A stretch of DNA of 63,806 nt, the filler included, from Rhabdomonas costata (Eukaryota), in assembly GCA_019059605.1 (NCBI GenBank). It is 54 parts of 54 records of this genome, joined end to end, with 100 filler letters (N's around TTAATTAATTAA, not from the genome) between each part and the next. Parts side by side here need not be neighbours in the genome. Positions count along the whole stretch, not along the records: positions 11,834 to 12,917 come from JAHMHO010029450.1; positions 13,018 to 14,101 come from JAHMHO010029451.1; positions 14,202 to 15,285 come from JAHMHO010029452.1; positions 15,386 to 16,469 come from JAHMHO010029453.1; positions 16,570 to 17,653 come from JAHMHO010029454.1; positions 17,754 to 18,836 come from JAHMHO010029455.1; positions 18,937 to 20,020 come from JAHMHO010029456.1; positions 20,121 to 21,204 come from JAHMHO010029457.1; 46 more parts are not named here. The stretch is one strand, 5' to 3'. A program made the translations under genes and the position numbers. The notes beneath the pieces were generated by a model. It did no database searches. It had not been told where the DNA came from and saw nothing but the letters and a program-made list of their open reading frames with translations. Shown one piece after another: positions 11,834 to 23,406 of the stretch. The stretch's first letter is position 1; every line of letters starts with the position of its first letter.

Positions 11834-12917
11834 CGGGAAGGGAATCTCAAGGCCATTAGGGTACATCTGCACCACCCGTGCCAAGGCCGAAAGAGCGTGG
11901 GCTACATCTCTGGCCTCAGGGCTGGAAGCAGGCTCCGCGACCATCGTCTCCAACGGGATCTCGTCGACCGAAAACGGGGCACCCGCCCGGAGTTGCCGAA
12001 CGTACGCAGTGAAGAGCTGAGAGAGGGTCTCCAGCGGGGTTGCCGCGCCACACACCGTACTCGTGCTGGCGGAGCTCGAGCAGGCCACGACATGGCTGGG
12101 GCTGACCTCGCCGTTGAGGGCAGTGGTCTGCCGCCCAGCGAGGCTGTACATCCACTCCTAAGAAGTCAAGCAGTAAAAAAGTGGGAAAGGGGGAAAAGTG
12201 GCGTTCTACGGAAAGCAAAACAGCTGCTGGTTTCGGTTGCGAGGCACAGCAACCTGGGCTCGTTTGCGATGTGAACTTTTTTCCGTTTGACTTGGGACCC
12301 AAACAGGACTCAACTTCACACTTGACATGGTGAGGTGGTCAAATCTCAGAGGAAATACCTTTTGCCCTTTGTTTTGAAGGTTTTTTTCGCATATGCAAAA
12401 ATAAGCCGGCCCAGCCGAATCTGGAGTGGAGTGACCAGTCATATCCGAACGCACCGGGCGTCTCTCAAGGTTTGCTGCGAGACCGCAGGGTTGAACGCAC
12501 TTTTTCGGAAAGCGGTCGGCGCCACCATACGGCGCAACCATAGAAGAAGGCGAGTGAAATTCGTGAGGGGGGGGGGGGTAGGGCTAAAAGCGCACAGAAA
12601 ACCCAGTGCGAGACAAGGGAAACGGAAGTGTAGGGGAAACACCTGGTCTTTCAACGAGCTGGGGAACTCCCGTGAGGGGTGGTAGACCAGCAGTAGCCCG
12701 GCCGAGGCGTACCGCAGCACTGCCGCCGGGAGGCACTGAATCTCACAGTCGACCTGCGACACAACAAGAAAACAGCAACACTATTCGGACATGAACCGGT
12801 GCCGCGGAAACCGTTTCCCATTAAATTCGCAAAACAAGGCCATTCATACCTGCTTAGCGACGGCCTCGGTGATCAGCACAGGCACCCCAAGCGCCTTGCA
12901 GGTCACCCTCTGCAACG
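11834..12917 (-). CDS. Class III nucleotide cyclase, C-terminal part; exons 12917-12850, 12753-12643, 12157 onward
   Basis: Spliced LQRVTCKALGVPVLITEAVAKQ|VDCEIQCLPAAVLRY...LLVYHP...KDQ|EWMYSL matches the end of the cyclase fold followed by the EWMY motif typical of euglenozoan cyclases. Introns are phase-0 GT-AG. Confidence 0.7.
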
Positions 12918-14899
12918 NNNNNNNNNNNNNNNNNNNNNNNNNNNNNNNNNNNNNNNNNNNNTTAATTAATTAANNNNNNNNNNNNNNNNNNNNNNNNNNN
13001 NNNNNNNNNNNNNNNNNCACCGCAGGGTCTTTACTCCTTGAACAACGCCATACTTGGTAAGGAAAGAGAACAACTTTTCCTCATTAGAGCACAAAGCCTC
13101 CAAATCAAAATGGTGTGGTAAACATGGCTGTCAAAAACGAGAGCAGGCATCGCATCATAACCCTGGGAAGTTGCTGGGGAGGGGGGCGGACCCCCGTACG
13201 TGCATAGCGACCTAACCCCCTGCGAGAGAGATACTTTTATCTCCAGTGTGCCCAATAAGGTTAGGTGCACCGAAAAAACTTCGATCCGTGCACGAAATGT
13301 ACTAAGGTCTGAATCCTGCCCTAGCCTCCCTAGTGGTTCCGACATTGCAAAACATACCTAATACCCCCCGCCCCGACAGACCACACGCACCCCTCTTGTG
13401 CCGCGCCGCACACTTTTCGTATCTCCTGTTTCACAACAAAAATAAGAGGAAATAAGAGAGCAAAGGCCCCTCTTTTGCATAACCACTTTAGCTAGTCCGA
13501 GGCTGAATGACATTTTTTGGATCATGACGCGGACGCACCAAATAAACGTAAGGAAAACCACCTTAGGTGGCGAAGCGTGTATCCCCTGGTGTTCCAATAG
13601 GTGCAGATAATTCCAGTGTGTGGGGCATTGAACGGGTACCACTGGAACCCCGTACCCCACAAACCTAACCACACACTTGATGCACCTGGACAGTCCGCAT
13701 TTTTTCAGGGGAGGACTAGAGGTCCACTTCCCCCCCACCCTGGGCTCCCACCTTTTGATGGGGCATATGGGCCCATCGGGCCTCACCTCACACCCTTGTA
13801 GGGTTGGCCTATCCCATGTGTGCCCCGATCCAGAGTGTAAACGGGGCCTTCGGAACCCCGATTGGTGCATTTAGAGATCTTAGGGCCCGACTGCCCTCGT
13901 GGGCTTCTCAAAGCGAGTCCACAATCCCACTCCGGGTTCGGAACCGCTTTCCTGCTGGACGCGCTTGGTTGCCTTCCACTGTCCATGATGCCAGCTGGAC
14001 CTTGATTCCACTCTCCACTTGCCTGGGCGCCTCCCCCGGCCCAGACACATAAACACCGGAAATAAGCGCAACGTGCTCACCTTCACCAGCTCATCACGAG
14101 ANNNNNNNNNNNNNNNNNNNNNNNNNNNNNNNNNNNNNNNNNNNNTTAATTAATTAANNNNNNNNNNNNNNNNNNNNNNNNNNNNNNNNNNNNNNNNNNN
14201 NTTTGTTTTGTTTTTGAGGGTTTATTCGGGTATAATAAATGCGAAGGAACATTTTGCTGATTTTGCCTTGAACTGATTCCGGAAAGTACCGAGGGGAGCT
14301 CTGGAGTATCAGAGAATTACTTAATAAAACAATCCTATGCCGGGGGAATAATTCTTCATTGTCAGATTGTTTTGTCAGGCAAGTATTACAGTATATTAAC
14401 ATACATTTTAGGTCAATACAAAGCCTGAAGCAAGGCAATGCGGAGTTTTCGGTTTATCAGAAAAACGTTTTGAGATTTTCACCGAGGAAGCGGTGCTGTT
14501 GTTAGCCTCCATCTCTCCATCTCTGTCTCTCCCTGTTTCTCTGCTCCATTGCTTATTGGCGATGCCAGTTTTTCTTTCTTGTGCACTGCTGATATCCAAA
14601 AGAAAAACAAAAGTGCCTTTGTGATTACAGTTGCTAAAACCTGAGCGGTGTACCGCCATCTTCTCGCTTTCCACCCGAGTTTATACCCTGATGCGCAGGA
14701 GGGTAATAAATAGACCGCATGTTGTACACAGAATCTTTTCAGCCCCATCTCCGGCCGACGTTTAATGGGAGTGGTCAAGATCTCGGTACACAAATTTTAT
14801 GTTTGAAGTGCGTTGAGTTTTGGGGATGGTCTCAGGGTAAGATCGCCAAGGATTGGATGTATTGGATCGTTTAAAGACGGTGTGCACACATTTTCCCGC

Positions 14900-15220
14900 A
14901 GACCCCGTTTCGGAAACGCACAACAGGAGCAGCCATATCGGTCTGGTCGCGACCTCGGCCGACGTATTCCGTCGAAGTGTACTACTTAAAAAAATGTAGC
15001 AAACTTTGGCGAAAGAACGGCATAAACCATCCAAGGTCCAATTCGATAAATATCTTGGCACAAGAAAGTTTTACGACGAGATACAAACAGAGGCGGGCGC
15101 AAGCGCCAATGCCCGGGCCGAGTAAAACACGAACCCGACAAGCAAAGCTTCAAAAAAGCATGCCGGCACGGAACGCGTATTAGGAAATCTCCGCAGCCAG
15201 ATGTACCCGTAGTGCCATGT
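14900..15220 (+). mobile_element. Possible decayed non-LTR retrotransposon RT C-terminus
   Basis: Broken frames give HIGLVATSADVF, NGINHPRS and QFDKYLGT...EAGASANARA, in the order of the RT DDIAL / GLxIN / KYLG motifs. Very eroded. Confidence 0.25.
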
Positions 15221-15829
15221 GGCGGGATACCCACACGATCACCCACACATCAGCCCCAAACGGGCCAAAGCACCGGAAGACAAACNNNNNNNNNNNNNNN
15301 NNNNNNNNNNNNNNNNNNNNNNNNNNNNNTTAATTAATTAANNNNNNNNNNNNNNNNNNNNNNNNNNNNNNNNNNNNNNNNNNNNGTGGTGGGTGGATAT
15401 GGTCCTTAGTTTCTCTTGCCTGCATTGTGTTTGGCTTTGTGCCGACCACTGCAGAGTTACTTTTTGCGTAAATTTTTGAAGAGTTATCATGTCCTTCTCC
15501 CTGCCCTTCCTCTGGCATGGCTGTGTTTATGGAAGCGTTGGTTCTGTCCCAGCCTTCCCTGTCTTCGTGAGTTGATCTGAACTCTGCACTCTGATCCGTT
15601 CAAGTGGCAAAGTTGAAGTTGGGATTTCGGACATGGGCCCTGCACGGGCGTAATCCAAATGAAACGAATTGAATCGAAGCGAGCTAATCGGGTCGTTGTT
15701 GTTGGCGGAAGGAAATGCGGGCAGGGGGGAATGTTCGCACCCAGGAAAAGGGCGTACGGCAACGGCTCACAGGCCCACGAAAGCGTCGAAGGGTCAGCAG
15801 TTGTGTGGGAAATGTTGTTTTGCGCCAGG

Positions 15830-16410
15830 GGAGCTCATAGATTTCCAGTTCAGCGCTTGGGTGCTGAAATATTCACATGTGTTTGGATGACAGGAAGTGT
15901 CGGTAAGTGTCGAACGTACTCACCAACACCCCCATTTCGATGAGTTTTCCCTGTACTCACGGAGGCCATCGGAAAAGGTCCTGGACCCCTTTCGAACTTG
16001 TTCAGCAATGAAAGGAGCTTCAGCAGCAGAAGAAGGGCCGACTCTATTTTTCCAGCCTTTGCCGATGATCTTCAGATAGGGACGCAAAACCACGATTCCA
16101 GTAGTTCTGCACACGCAGGCTCGTTGAAAAGCTTAGGATCAGCAGCTTTGCCAACTTGGCCCCTTTTCTTACGTTCAGGCCAAACTCCATTTCAGCAACG
16201 CCGATGTCGAAGCCAGGCCCTCCAACCATGATTTTCTTTGTGATGGACTGCATGTTCCCGTAGAGAACCAACTTGAATGCCTCCACCTTGTGGTGGTGCA
16301 CACCCAACAAAGTGGCGATAAAAGAAAGATTGTTTCGTCCTTTTTGGCCGGTCAGTTTCCTTAGGTTCCGCGCGAAAGATGTGCGAAGGGCCCCCTTCTT
16401 TCCCAGCAAC
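15830..16410 (-). mobile_element. Merlin / IS1595(ISXO2)-like DDE transposase pseudogene
   Basis: MVGGPGFDIGVAEMEFG resembles IGGPGxxVEIDESxFG. After a frameshift, CRTTGIVVLRPY...PFIAEQVRKGSRTFSDGLREY resembles PIIxxxIxPGSxIxSDxWxAY. The first catalytic Asp is lost. Confidence 0.7.
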
Positions 16411-16585
16411 GAGCAGTCCGCGTTTCGGCATACAACCGTTGACTCTGATGGGGATGCAGTTAACCCCGANNNNNNNNNNNNNNNNNNNNNNNNNNNNNNN
16501 NNNNNNNNNNNNNTTAATTAATTAANNNNNNNNNNNNNNNNNNNNNNNNNNNNNNNNNNNNNNNNNNNNGGTGTTGGGGTGGTAC

Positions 16586-16754
16586 CCGGGGGACACAGCA
16601 GGTTCTTAATTGTCTTGGAGACCATTGCGCAACTACGGTGCAACACAAACTCCGCACCGTCCCTGCTGCATAGCCGAACCATCGCTGTGGGGTCGAACGG
16701 CACCTTGGCCTCCTCGACCTGAGCGCCCGCCTTGGTCTTCTTCTTGTCCGCCAT
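16586..16754 (-). CDS. ELOC: Elongin C (Skp1/BTB fold), first exon
   Basis: MVRLCSRDGAEFVLHRSCAMVSKTIKNLLCPPG resembles elongin C [32 protein letters not shown]. GT donor at 16585. Confidence 0.8.
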
Positions 16755-18371
16755 TTTTCAGTGCCTCAGTGAAGTTTGTCCTTCTCCAACTTTCTCGCAA
16801 AATCCAAAAACTGAGGTGAACGTGGGTGATTCCGCGGCGAAAGATAACAAAAGAAATGGCTGGTAGGAATCAAACGACCTTTTTTGAAAAGGCAACAACA
16901 CACAGAAACGCCGCAGCACAGTCTTACCATGCCCTCCCTCTCTGTGTTTGTAAACTGTTTTCCATCAGCATTACTGAGGTAGAAAGCAGGTGCATGTTCT
17001 GCTGCTCAGCCATTAACGAGGCAAAGCCAAGCCTCACGCATTAGATCAGAAACCTAAGGGAAGACGTCGGCCATCTCGAGTTCAGTGCAGCTGATATGAG
17101 CGGTCGAAGTAAAAGAGCTGCGCCCGTTTAATGGCTTTGCTGGAAGTTTTGGCGTGCCTTGTTGGTGTGGCTGCAGCTGCTGTCTGATTGCAGTAGGTTA
17201 CCTTGAGGCTGCTGTGTCGTCTGAGCTGGTTTAGTGGTTGTGGGCCTGCAGTATTTCGAGCAGACTGCCATCGCCAGATTCCAGGTCTCTTTCGTTTTCC
17301 CCTCCACGTAATCAAACTATTGCAGCCGTGCTACCCACGCCTCAAGAACCAGTGACGAACGCTATGCAAAAACGTTGGATGCGAATTGACACAAAGCTGT
17401 GAGAAGCCGGGAGGAAAAATATCGGTTGGATTTTAAAAGGGAACCCCCCCACCAACAGAAAAATTTCGCGCATACGAATGTTCGCATTCGATGAGAATGA
17501 ATCGAGCCTGCCCAACACTGGAACGAATGCGGTTTAAGAAACCACATAGACAATTTCGCACGAAGATATGCAGACATGCAGACAATACAACTCGCCCATG
17601 AAGACAATGGAAGCATCCAATTTCCCAAGTGACATGACCGCACCCCCCCCCACNNNNNNNNNNNNNNNNNNNNNNNNNNNNNNNNNNNNNNNNNNNNTTA
17701 ATTAATTAANNNNNNNNNNNNNNNNNNNNNNNNNNNNNNNNNNNNNNNNNNNNGGTGTTGTGGATCAAAGCTCACAAAGACTACGTACTAGTGTCCCTCA
17801 GTCCAAAAGGGTTGGTCACCCAGCACGGTGCAGGGTGACCAACCCTTTTGGACTGAGGGACACTAGTACGTAGTCTTTGTGAGCTTTGATTCACGCCATT
17901 CCGAACGCGTTAATTATCAGTTTTTTCAGTTGTACTGTACCATTCTCTCAATGAGCGTCTCCGCGACGGCTGAACCGGGGGGGGGGGGGAGGTGAGCAGT
18001 GCACTACAGGTTGCAGCTAACGTTCCAGCGGAGACAAAGCACGGGAGTTTAACCATCGCCAGCGACTTCTCTTTCATTTAGAGTCACAACTGTGTATCTC
18101 ATTATTAATGTTCAATAAGCAACAGTTCAACTGGACCGCGCTGCAACGCGAAATAGATTGATTAATTGGTGTAATAATCCAGGTATCCATGCCTTGCAGC
18201 TTATGTCTGCTGCTGACACCTTTTTCAAAAGTTCCAGGTGGAACATCAGAAAAATATATCAGAAATGTGTCGAAAAAATCCTTGGCACTGCACAACGAGC
18301 AGCACAAGCAGCGAAAGAAAAAGGCATGGCCGGAGGAGCGATAGATGTGCAAGGTTGATCAATGCACTCAC

Positions 18372-18626
18372 CAATGAAAAAGACCCCAGTTGCGACTGGA
18401 GAGAGCAGCAAGTCCTGGCTCTCCGCCACCGCCTTCACAGTGTAGGTGTTCCCGGGGGGAAGCAGGATGGGTTGCAGAAAGGCCAGCGTGGTTTCCCCGC
18501 TTGGCGAAGGCTCGGTGCCGTCCAGCGTGTAGAACAGCTGCGCCCCAGGGGTGGCGCTGCTCAGCGTCACCTTGGTCGTCCGGGAGTAGCTTCCGGGCAA
18601 TGGGGAGAAGGCTGGGGCCTCCGGAG
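18372..18626 (-). CDS. Exon encoding a CHB_HEX_C_1/Fn3-associated domain
   Basis: PEAPAFSPLPGSY...VTLSSATPGAQLFYTLDGTEP...PILL...TVKAVA matches the IYYTxDGxxP Ig-like domain. CAG acceptor and GTGAGT donor. Confidence 0.8.
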
Positions 18627-20624
18627 CTGCGCGAAGAAAATACGGCATAAACGTTAGGAAAATAATATTTAAATATTTATCGCTAACGCCATTTTCCTGG
18701 TCACGCAAAAGGTGTGCGCACGCAGAACAGATGTGCCCTATGTGTGTGTGACGTTAGCGTGTTCCGCATCCCTCCAGCTTAGTCCTTCTTTACCATCCCT
18801 CTCTCATTCAGACAAGCGCAGAAACATCTCCTGAGCNNNNNNNNNNNNNNNNNNNNNNNNNNNNNNNNNNNNNNNNNNNNTTAATTAATTAANNNNNNNN
18901 NNNNNNNNNNNNNNNNNNNNNNNNNNNNNNNNNNNNGCAGCCCCGCCAGGACCCCGGCACTCGCCCCTCAGCGTTCTGCCACCCATGCTGCATCCTGTGA
19001 GTGGCAGCCCCTTCTCCCCGTGAACCCCGACGGGCCTGTGGACACCCCTGAAGGGGCGGTGGCGAAGATAGGCTGTGACTGTCCTGGATAGTCCATGAAA
19101 TGACTTTTCCCGGCCCCATGTGTGCAACACAGGTCTGTCTGTGTGTATGTGTGCATGCGGGAAGAGGAAGAGGAAGGAGGGTGCCTTTGATTATTTGCTA
19201 GGGTGCTGGTGGTGAGCACTGTGAGGCATCTGTCAGATGTTCCACTTTTGGGTGATTCTCCCACAGGGATTTGGGTGAGAATTGTAAAAGACTGTGCGTG
19301 TGCGTCAGATGTGTAATGCATGAGAGGGCCGTGGCCCTCTTCTGTGCAACATTCTCCACTGTCGAATTCACCGTGCCTGTAACTTGTGCTCTTTGTGCCG
19401 CCCGTGCGACTGTTCCTCTTCTTCCTTCCGTGCAAAATGTGGGTTCCCAAATCACCCCATCTGTGCACTCCAATGGCATTTTGTTATGCCGCACTCAAAG
19501 AGGACGGCGGTCGGCGGACATATTACACAGCTTACGGTGCTATGGCTATGGCCTTGCGGTGGGGGGTGACGGTTTACCTTTAGTAACGCTCACCAGTAGG
19601 ATCGGTTTTTTTACTGGACCATACGTTAACAAAGTCACGCGGACTGGCCTCCTCTGCGGAGCTGGACTGGTTTCACTCGTCCGCCTAAATCCACCCCCTT
19701 CCACCCTTAGTCTATAGTTGATTTGAGGTGTAAACCCAAAATTCTACAGGTATAGGTGCAGTGGCACTGTTTTCCTAACCCCCATACTCTAATAAAAATA
19801 ATTTCAAGAGTTCTGGAACAATTTACCTCACCTTTTTCAAAGGTAAAATTACAAAAAAAAAATAGTGTATGTAGTGTACCAATTGTAACCGGTACCCCCC
19901 CCGAGCCAATTGTTGACCCAGTTCCAACCACGTGTGCTCGGGGCGTTAGCCGGCAGGTTAGTGTCATTGGGCCTTCAGGGGATGGCCCACCCTCCCAGGC
20001 TGAGCCTGTACCCCACCACANNNNNNNNNNNNNNNNNNNNNNNNNNNNNNNNNNNNNNNNNNNNTTAATTAATTAANNNNNNNNNNNNNNNNNNNNNNNN
20101 NNNNNNNNNNNNNNNNNNNNTTGGTGGAAAGGGAGACTGCAGTTCGCATGCGGTCTCGGAGAATATGAAGGCAGCGCTACAGAGACGGAAAGTCAAGGAA
20201 GGACATGACCAATAAAATATTGCCCTCCGACTCTCCCCGCCCCCTCCTCGCGTACAGCTGGAAAATCAAAGGGGCCAGTTTAGGGGGCAAGGATGGTGTG
20301 CGAGCCTTTTTGATCATTTCTTCACAGTATTCTCTGCCACCAGTGACAGCGCCAGTATATCCCAGCGGATAACGGGAGTGATGACACTGACAAAAAGCCG
20401 AGAAGCAGAGAGAGAGAGAGAGAGAGCGAAAGAGTTCGGAATAATGTAGCACAGGGAAGAGCAGAGGACGCAGAGGAGTGGGAGAGCACAAAACAGCAAC
20501 CGCGAAACCCTGGAAGTGGGAGAAACAGGGGTGTTTCCTGTACAAAGTGAACAAAGAATCCAGAAACCACCCTGCGAAGAGAAAGCAAAGACCGACGCAA
20601 CCCTCCACCATCCACCTTCCACAC

Positions 20625-21204
20625 CCCAACCTCTGAACCCAACCTCTGAACCCAACCTCTGAACCCAACCCCAAGACCTGACCCACCATGACGACTGAAT
20701 CGCGAACTCACCACCCTTACCCTTACCCTTACCCTTACCCTTACGCAGAAACTCACGACACGCAAACCCTGACCCTCACCCTGACGACAGAAACGCGAAC
20801 CCTGACCCTCCATCCTGCGACCCTCACACCCTCACACCCACCACGACCTCAGAATCCACACCCTGACCCTCCACACCCTCCACGAAATCCACGCAGCAAC
20901 TCCACGACCCTCCACGAACCCTCCGTCACGACCATCCTCACAACCCAGACCCACCCTCCAACTCACGATCCAAACCCTCGCATCCAAACCCTCGCAACCA
21001 ACACCCTGACTTTCGCACGAACCCTCACACGTTGACCCTGACCCTCGACCCTCACGCAGACCCTCAACCCACAGACCCTCCGACTCAGAATGCCAATGCA
21101 AATCCCACGCCACCGTCACCCTCCACCCTCACCCTCAATCCTGACGCCGATTCCTGACCCACACCTCAGATCCTGACCCTGACCTCCGAAACCAAACCCT
21201 GACC
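20625..21204. repeat. Degenerate telomere-like C-rich array including (CCCTTA)5 at 20714-20743
   Basis: Five perfect CCCTTA units, many CCCTGA/CCCTCA variants and a 13-bp AACCTCTGAACCC triplet at about 20628-20666. Confidence 0.75.
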
Positions 21205-21334
21205 NNNNNNNNNNNNNNNNNNNNNNNNNNNNNNNNNNNNNNNNNNNNTTAATTAATTAANNNNNNNNNNNNNNNNNNNNNNNNNNNNNNNNNNNNNNNN
21301 NNNNGTGGTGGGTGTGTTTGGTTGTGGTGGTAGA

Positions 21335-22245
21335 GCAAAAAACCGGAATTGTTGCCGCAGCGAAAAGAAAAATTTGTTTATCCTGAAGATATCATAAAAC
21401 GTCGTGAGCAATTCAAGAAACTGTTTGAGCAGGATAAAACGAACAACAAGTTCAATTTGCCATGGGTTATGCTGAGTTTGTACACCATGCAGCCACCTTT
21501 ACGGCAAGACTACAACGATGTGGAAATTGTAAATGTACTGCCGAAGGAAAAACAAAATTATCTATTACGGAAAAACAATAAATTTTTCGTTGTAGAAATG
21601 ATAAAGTCATCAAAAGTCATGGTCCTGATCAATTTGAGTTATCAAATGAGTTGAATAATGTAATACACGAGTCATTGGATGCATTTCCAAGGAAATATAT
21701 ATTGAGCACGCAACGGGATGGTGATCGTCCTATTGGAAAACAAGGGTTCGAGTCCCTTCTGAAACAGTGTTTTAGCCCCCAAAAAGTGTCCGTTGATGTA
21801 CTACGTTCTGCCACATAACTCACTTTTATTCTGATCCACGTAAGACTTTGCAGGATAAAGATGAACTGGCACGACTTATGCGTCACTCAGCTACCATTGC
21901 CCAGCGCGAATACCAGAAAATTGATGTCAGTAACGTTGGCCATCCCGACAACTTAGTCATGACGTCCACCATGATGTCATCACCAACAGAAGTTCCACCA
22001 CCAGTTATACAAAAGAAAGAATACTTCAACTTGAAGAAGTGGACAAAAAGACTGCCGTGGAGGACACAAAGATGAAATTAATAAAAAAAAAAAGCAAGAG
22101 ATGAATATCAAGCAAAAAAGATGAAATTTTACGAAGACACATATTGTGGAACCTCAACCGAAGTCAAAATACCGCAATCCCAAAACAAACATCAATTGAT
22201 AAATATAAAATAAAATATGATGTAAGTAAAAGATGTTGGGTCTAA
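21335..22245 (+). pseudogene. Tyrosine recombinase of PLV/virophage (OLV11-like) type, frameshifted
   Basis: LSLYTMQPPLRQDY (Arg I); after a frameshift RNDKVIKSHG (Lys) and VSVDVLRSA (Arg II); after another frameshift ITHFY and LARLMRHSATIAQREYQK (His, catalytic Tyr). C-terminus EILRRHILWNLNR...IDKYKIKYD...WV ends at stop 22245. AT-rich and intronless. Confidence 0.85.
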
Positions 22246-22494
22246 TGGGTCAAATAATGTAACCAAAATATATGATAAACATCATTTTACCTATGCTTTA
22301 TTACAAAAAATGAATATACCTCGGTGTAGGAAGAGGTTCTTCACCATAAGTAAAATGATGTTTATCATATATTTTGGTTACACACCCACNNNNNNNNNNN
22401 NNNNNNNNNNNNNNNNNNNNNNNNNNNNNNNNNTTAATTAATTAANNNNNNNNNNNNNNNNNNNNNNNNNNNNNNNNNNNNNNNNNNNNGTTGT

Positions 22495-23406
22495 GTTGTG
22501 ATAACTGGTGAAAACTGTTTCATATGATAGGTTGCTTTGATACTACGTGGTACGTAGGACTTTCCGATATAGCACCTTATTAAGTATAGCTTCATGTCCG
22601 ACATTGAGACGTTAGTAGTACTATTAGAAAATCCACTGTTTATTTGTGACTGTGTATGTTCCTAATACTGAACTAACAGAACCAACTACTTGTATAAGGT
22701 TTCTGTACCACGATTGCGAAACAGAAAAAATTAAATCAACTCTCTTACCCACTCTATAGTGAAGTAATTCATCACAGTAAAATAGAGGAATCAGGATTTG
22801 AATGTTGAGACGATTTATATTTTTCTTATCAAAGTTGGACATGTGATACGTTTACTAAAATTCCAGAAAATGCTGTCATATTAGCCCCAGTTGTTACTCC
22901 AAGACTTGAACCCAGTTTGTAATAATTATCTTAAAGAACATTTACATCATCATCTTGATCCTCTTGACTCATTACTTTTGTTTTTGAAGTTGAGTTAACC
23001 GTGTCTTGCTTCAACTTGGATTCAAAAAGCATTCTATATAAAGTTGAGGTTGTACTTGCAAACTGATAATTATTAACATAAGTAGAACTTATCTCTCTCA
23101 CACTTGACTGTATCGAAAATAGCACCTAACGGTTTTGTGTTAGGTGAGGAATTGGTATTCCTTGAGGAGCGGCACGTGTACCATTATTAATAATTGGTTC
23201 AAGTGTCGTTTGCGTTCCATCTTCTCGAACTTGTGTAATATGAAGTTGAACAGTTAAATAAGAGTTTTTCCCATTGTATACTATATCTTCGGGTTGGTTG
23301 TGAACTTAATATTGTTCCCCCCAACGTTAGTTGAAGAACTAACAGAGGGGTTTGACGGTATCTCAGGCATATCACAGCCATAAACTGCAGAGTATGGAAT
23401 AGCCAT
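22495..23406 (-). pseudogene. Probable Polinton-like-virus major capsid protein (double jelly-roll), N-terminal half, disrupted
   Basis: ATG at 23406 follows TATAATAAA. Merged frames read EIPSNPSVSSSTNVGGNNIKF / QPEDIVYNGKNSYLTVQLHIT / LFSIQSSV...NNYQFASTTSTLYRMLFES / RLNIQILIPLFYCDELL...RVDLIFSV / NVSMSDMKLYLIRC, a beta-strand pattern resembling PLV/Polinton capsids. Several stops and frameshifts. Confidence 0.55.

Noticed and set aside
17764-17890. Long perfect hairpin (possible MITE or pre-miRNA)
   Set aside because: It begins immediately after the G/T tail at the contig start and has no TSD; fold-back artefact.
20177-21119. Long ORFs over the C-rich repeat (YPYPYP, RVRVRV)
   Set aside because: They are by-products of hexamer repeats that lack stop codons.
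22258-22382. 38-bp inverted repeat just after the recombinase stop (possible Mimivirus/virophage-style termination hairpin or TIR)
   Set aside because: The distal arm abuts the contig-end tail, as in four other contigs, so an artefact is more parsimonious. It is not fully excluded, given one mismatch and a 49-nt spacer.
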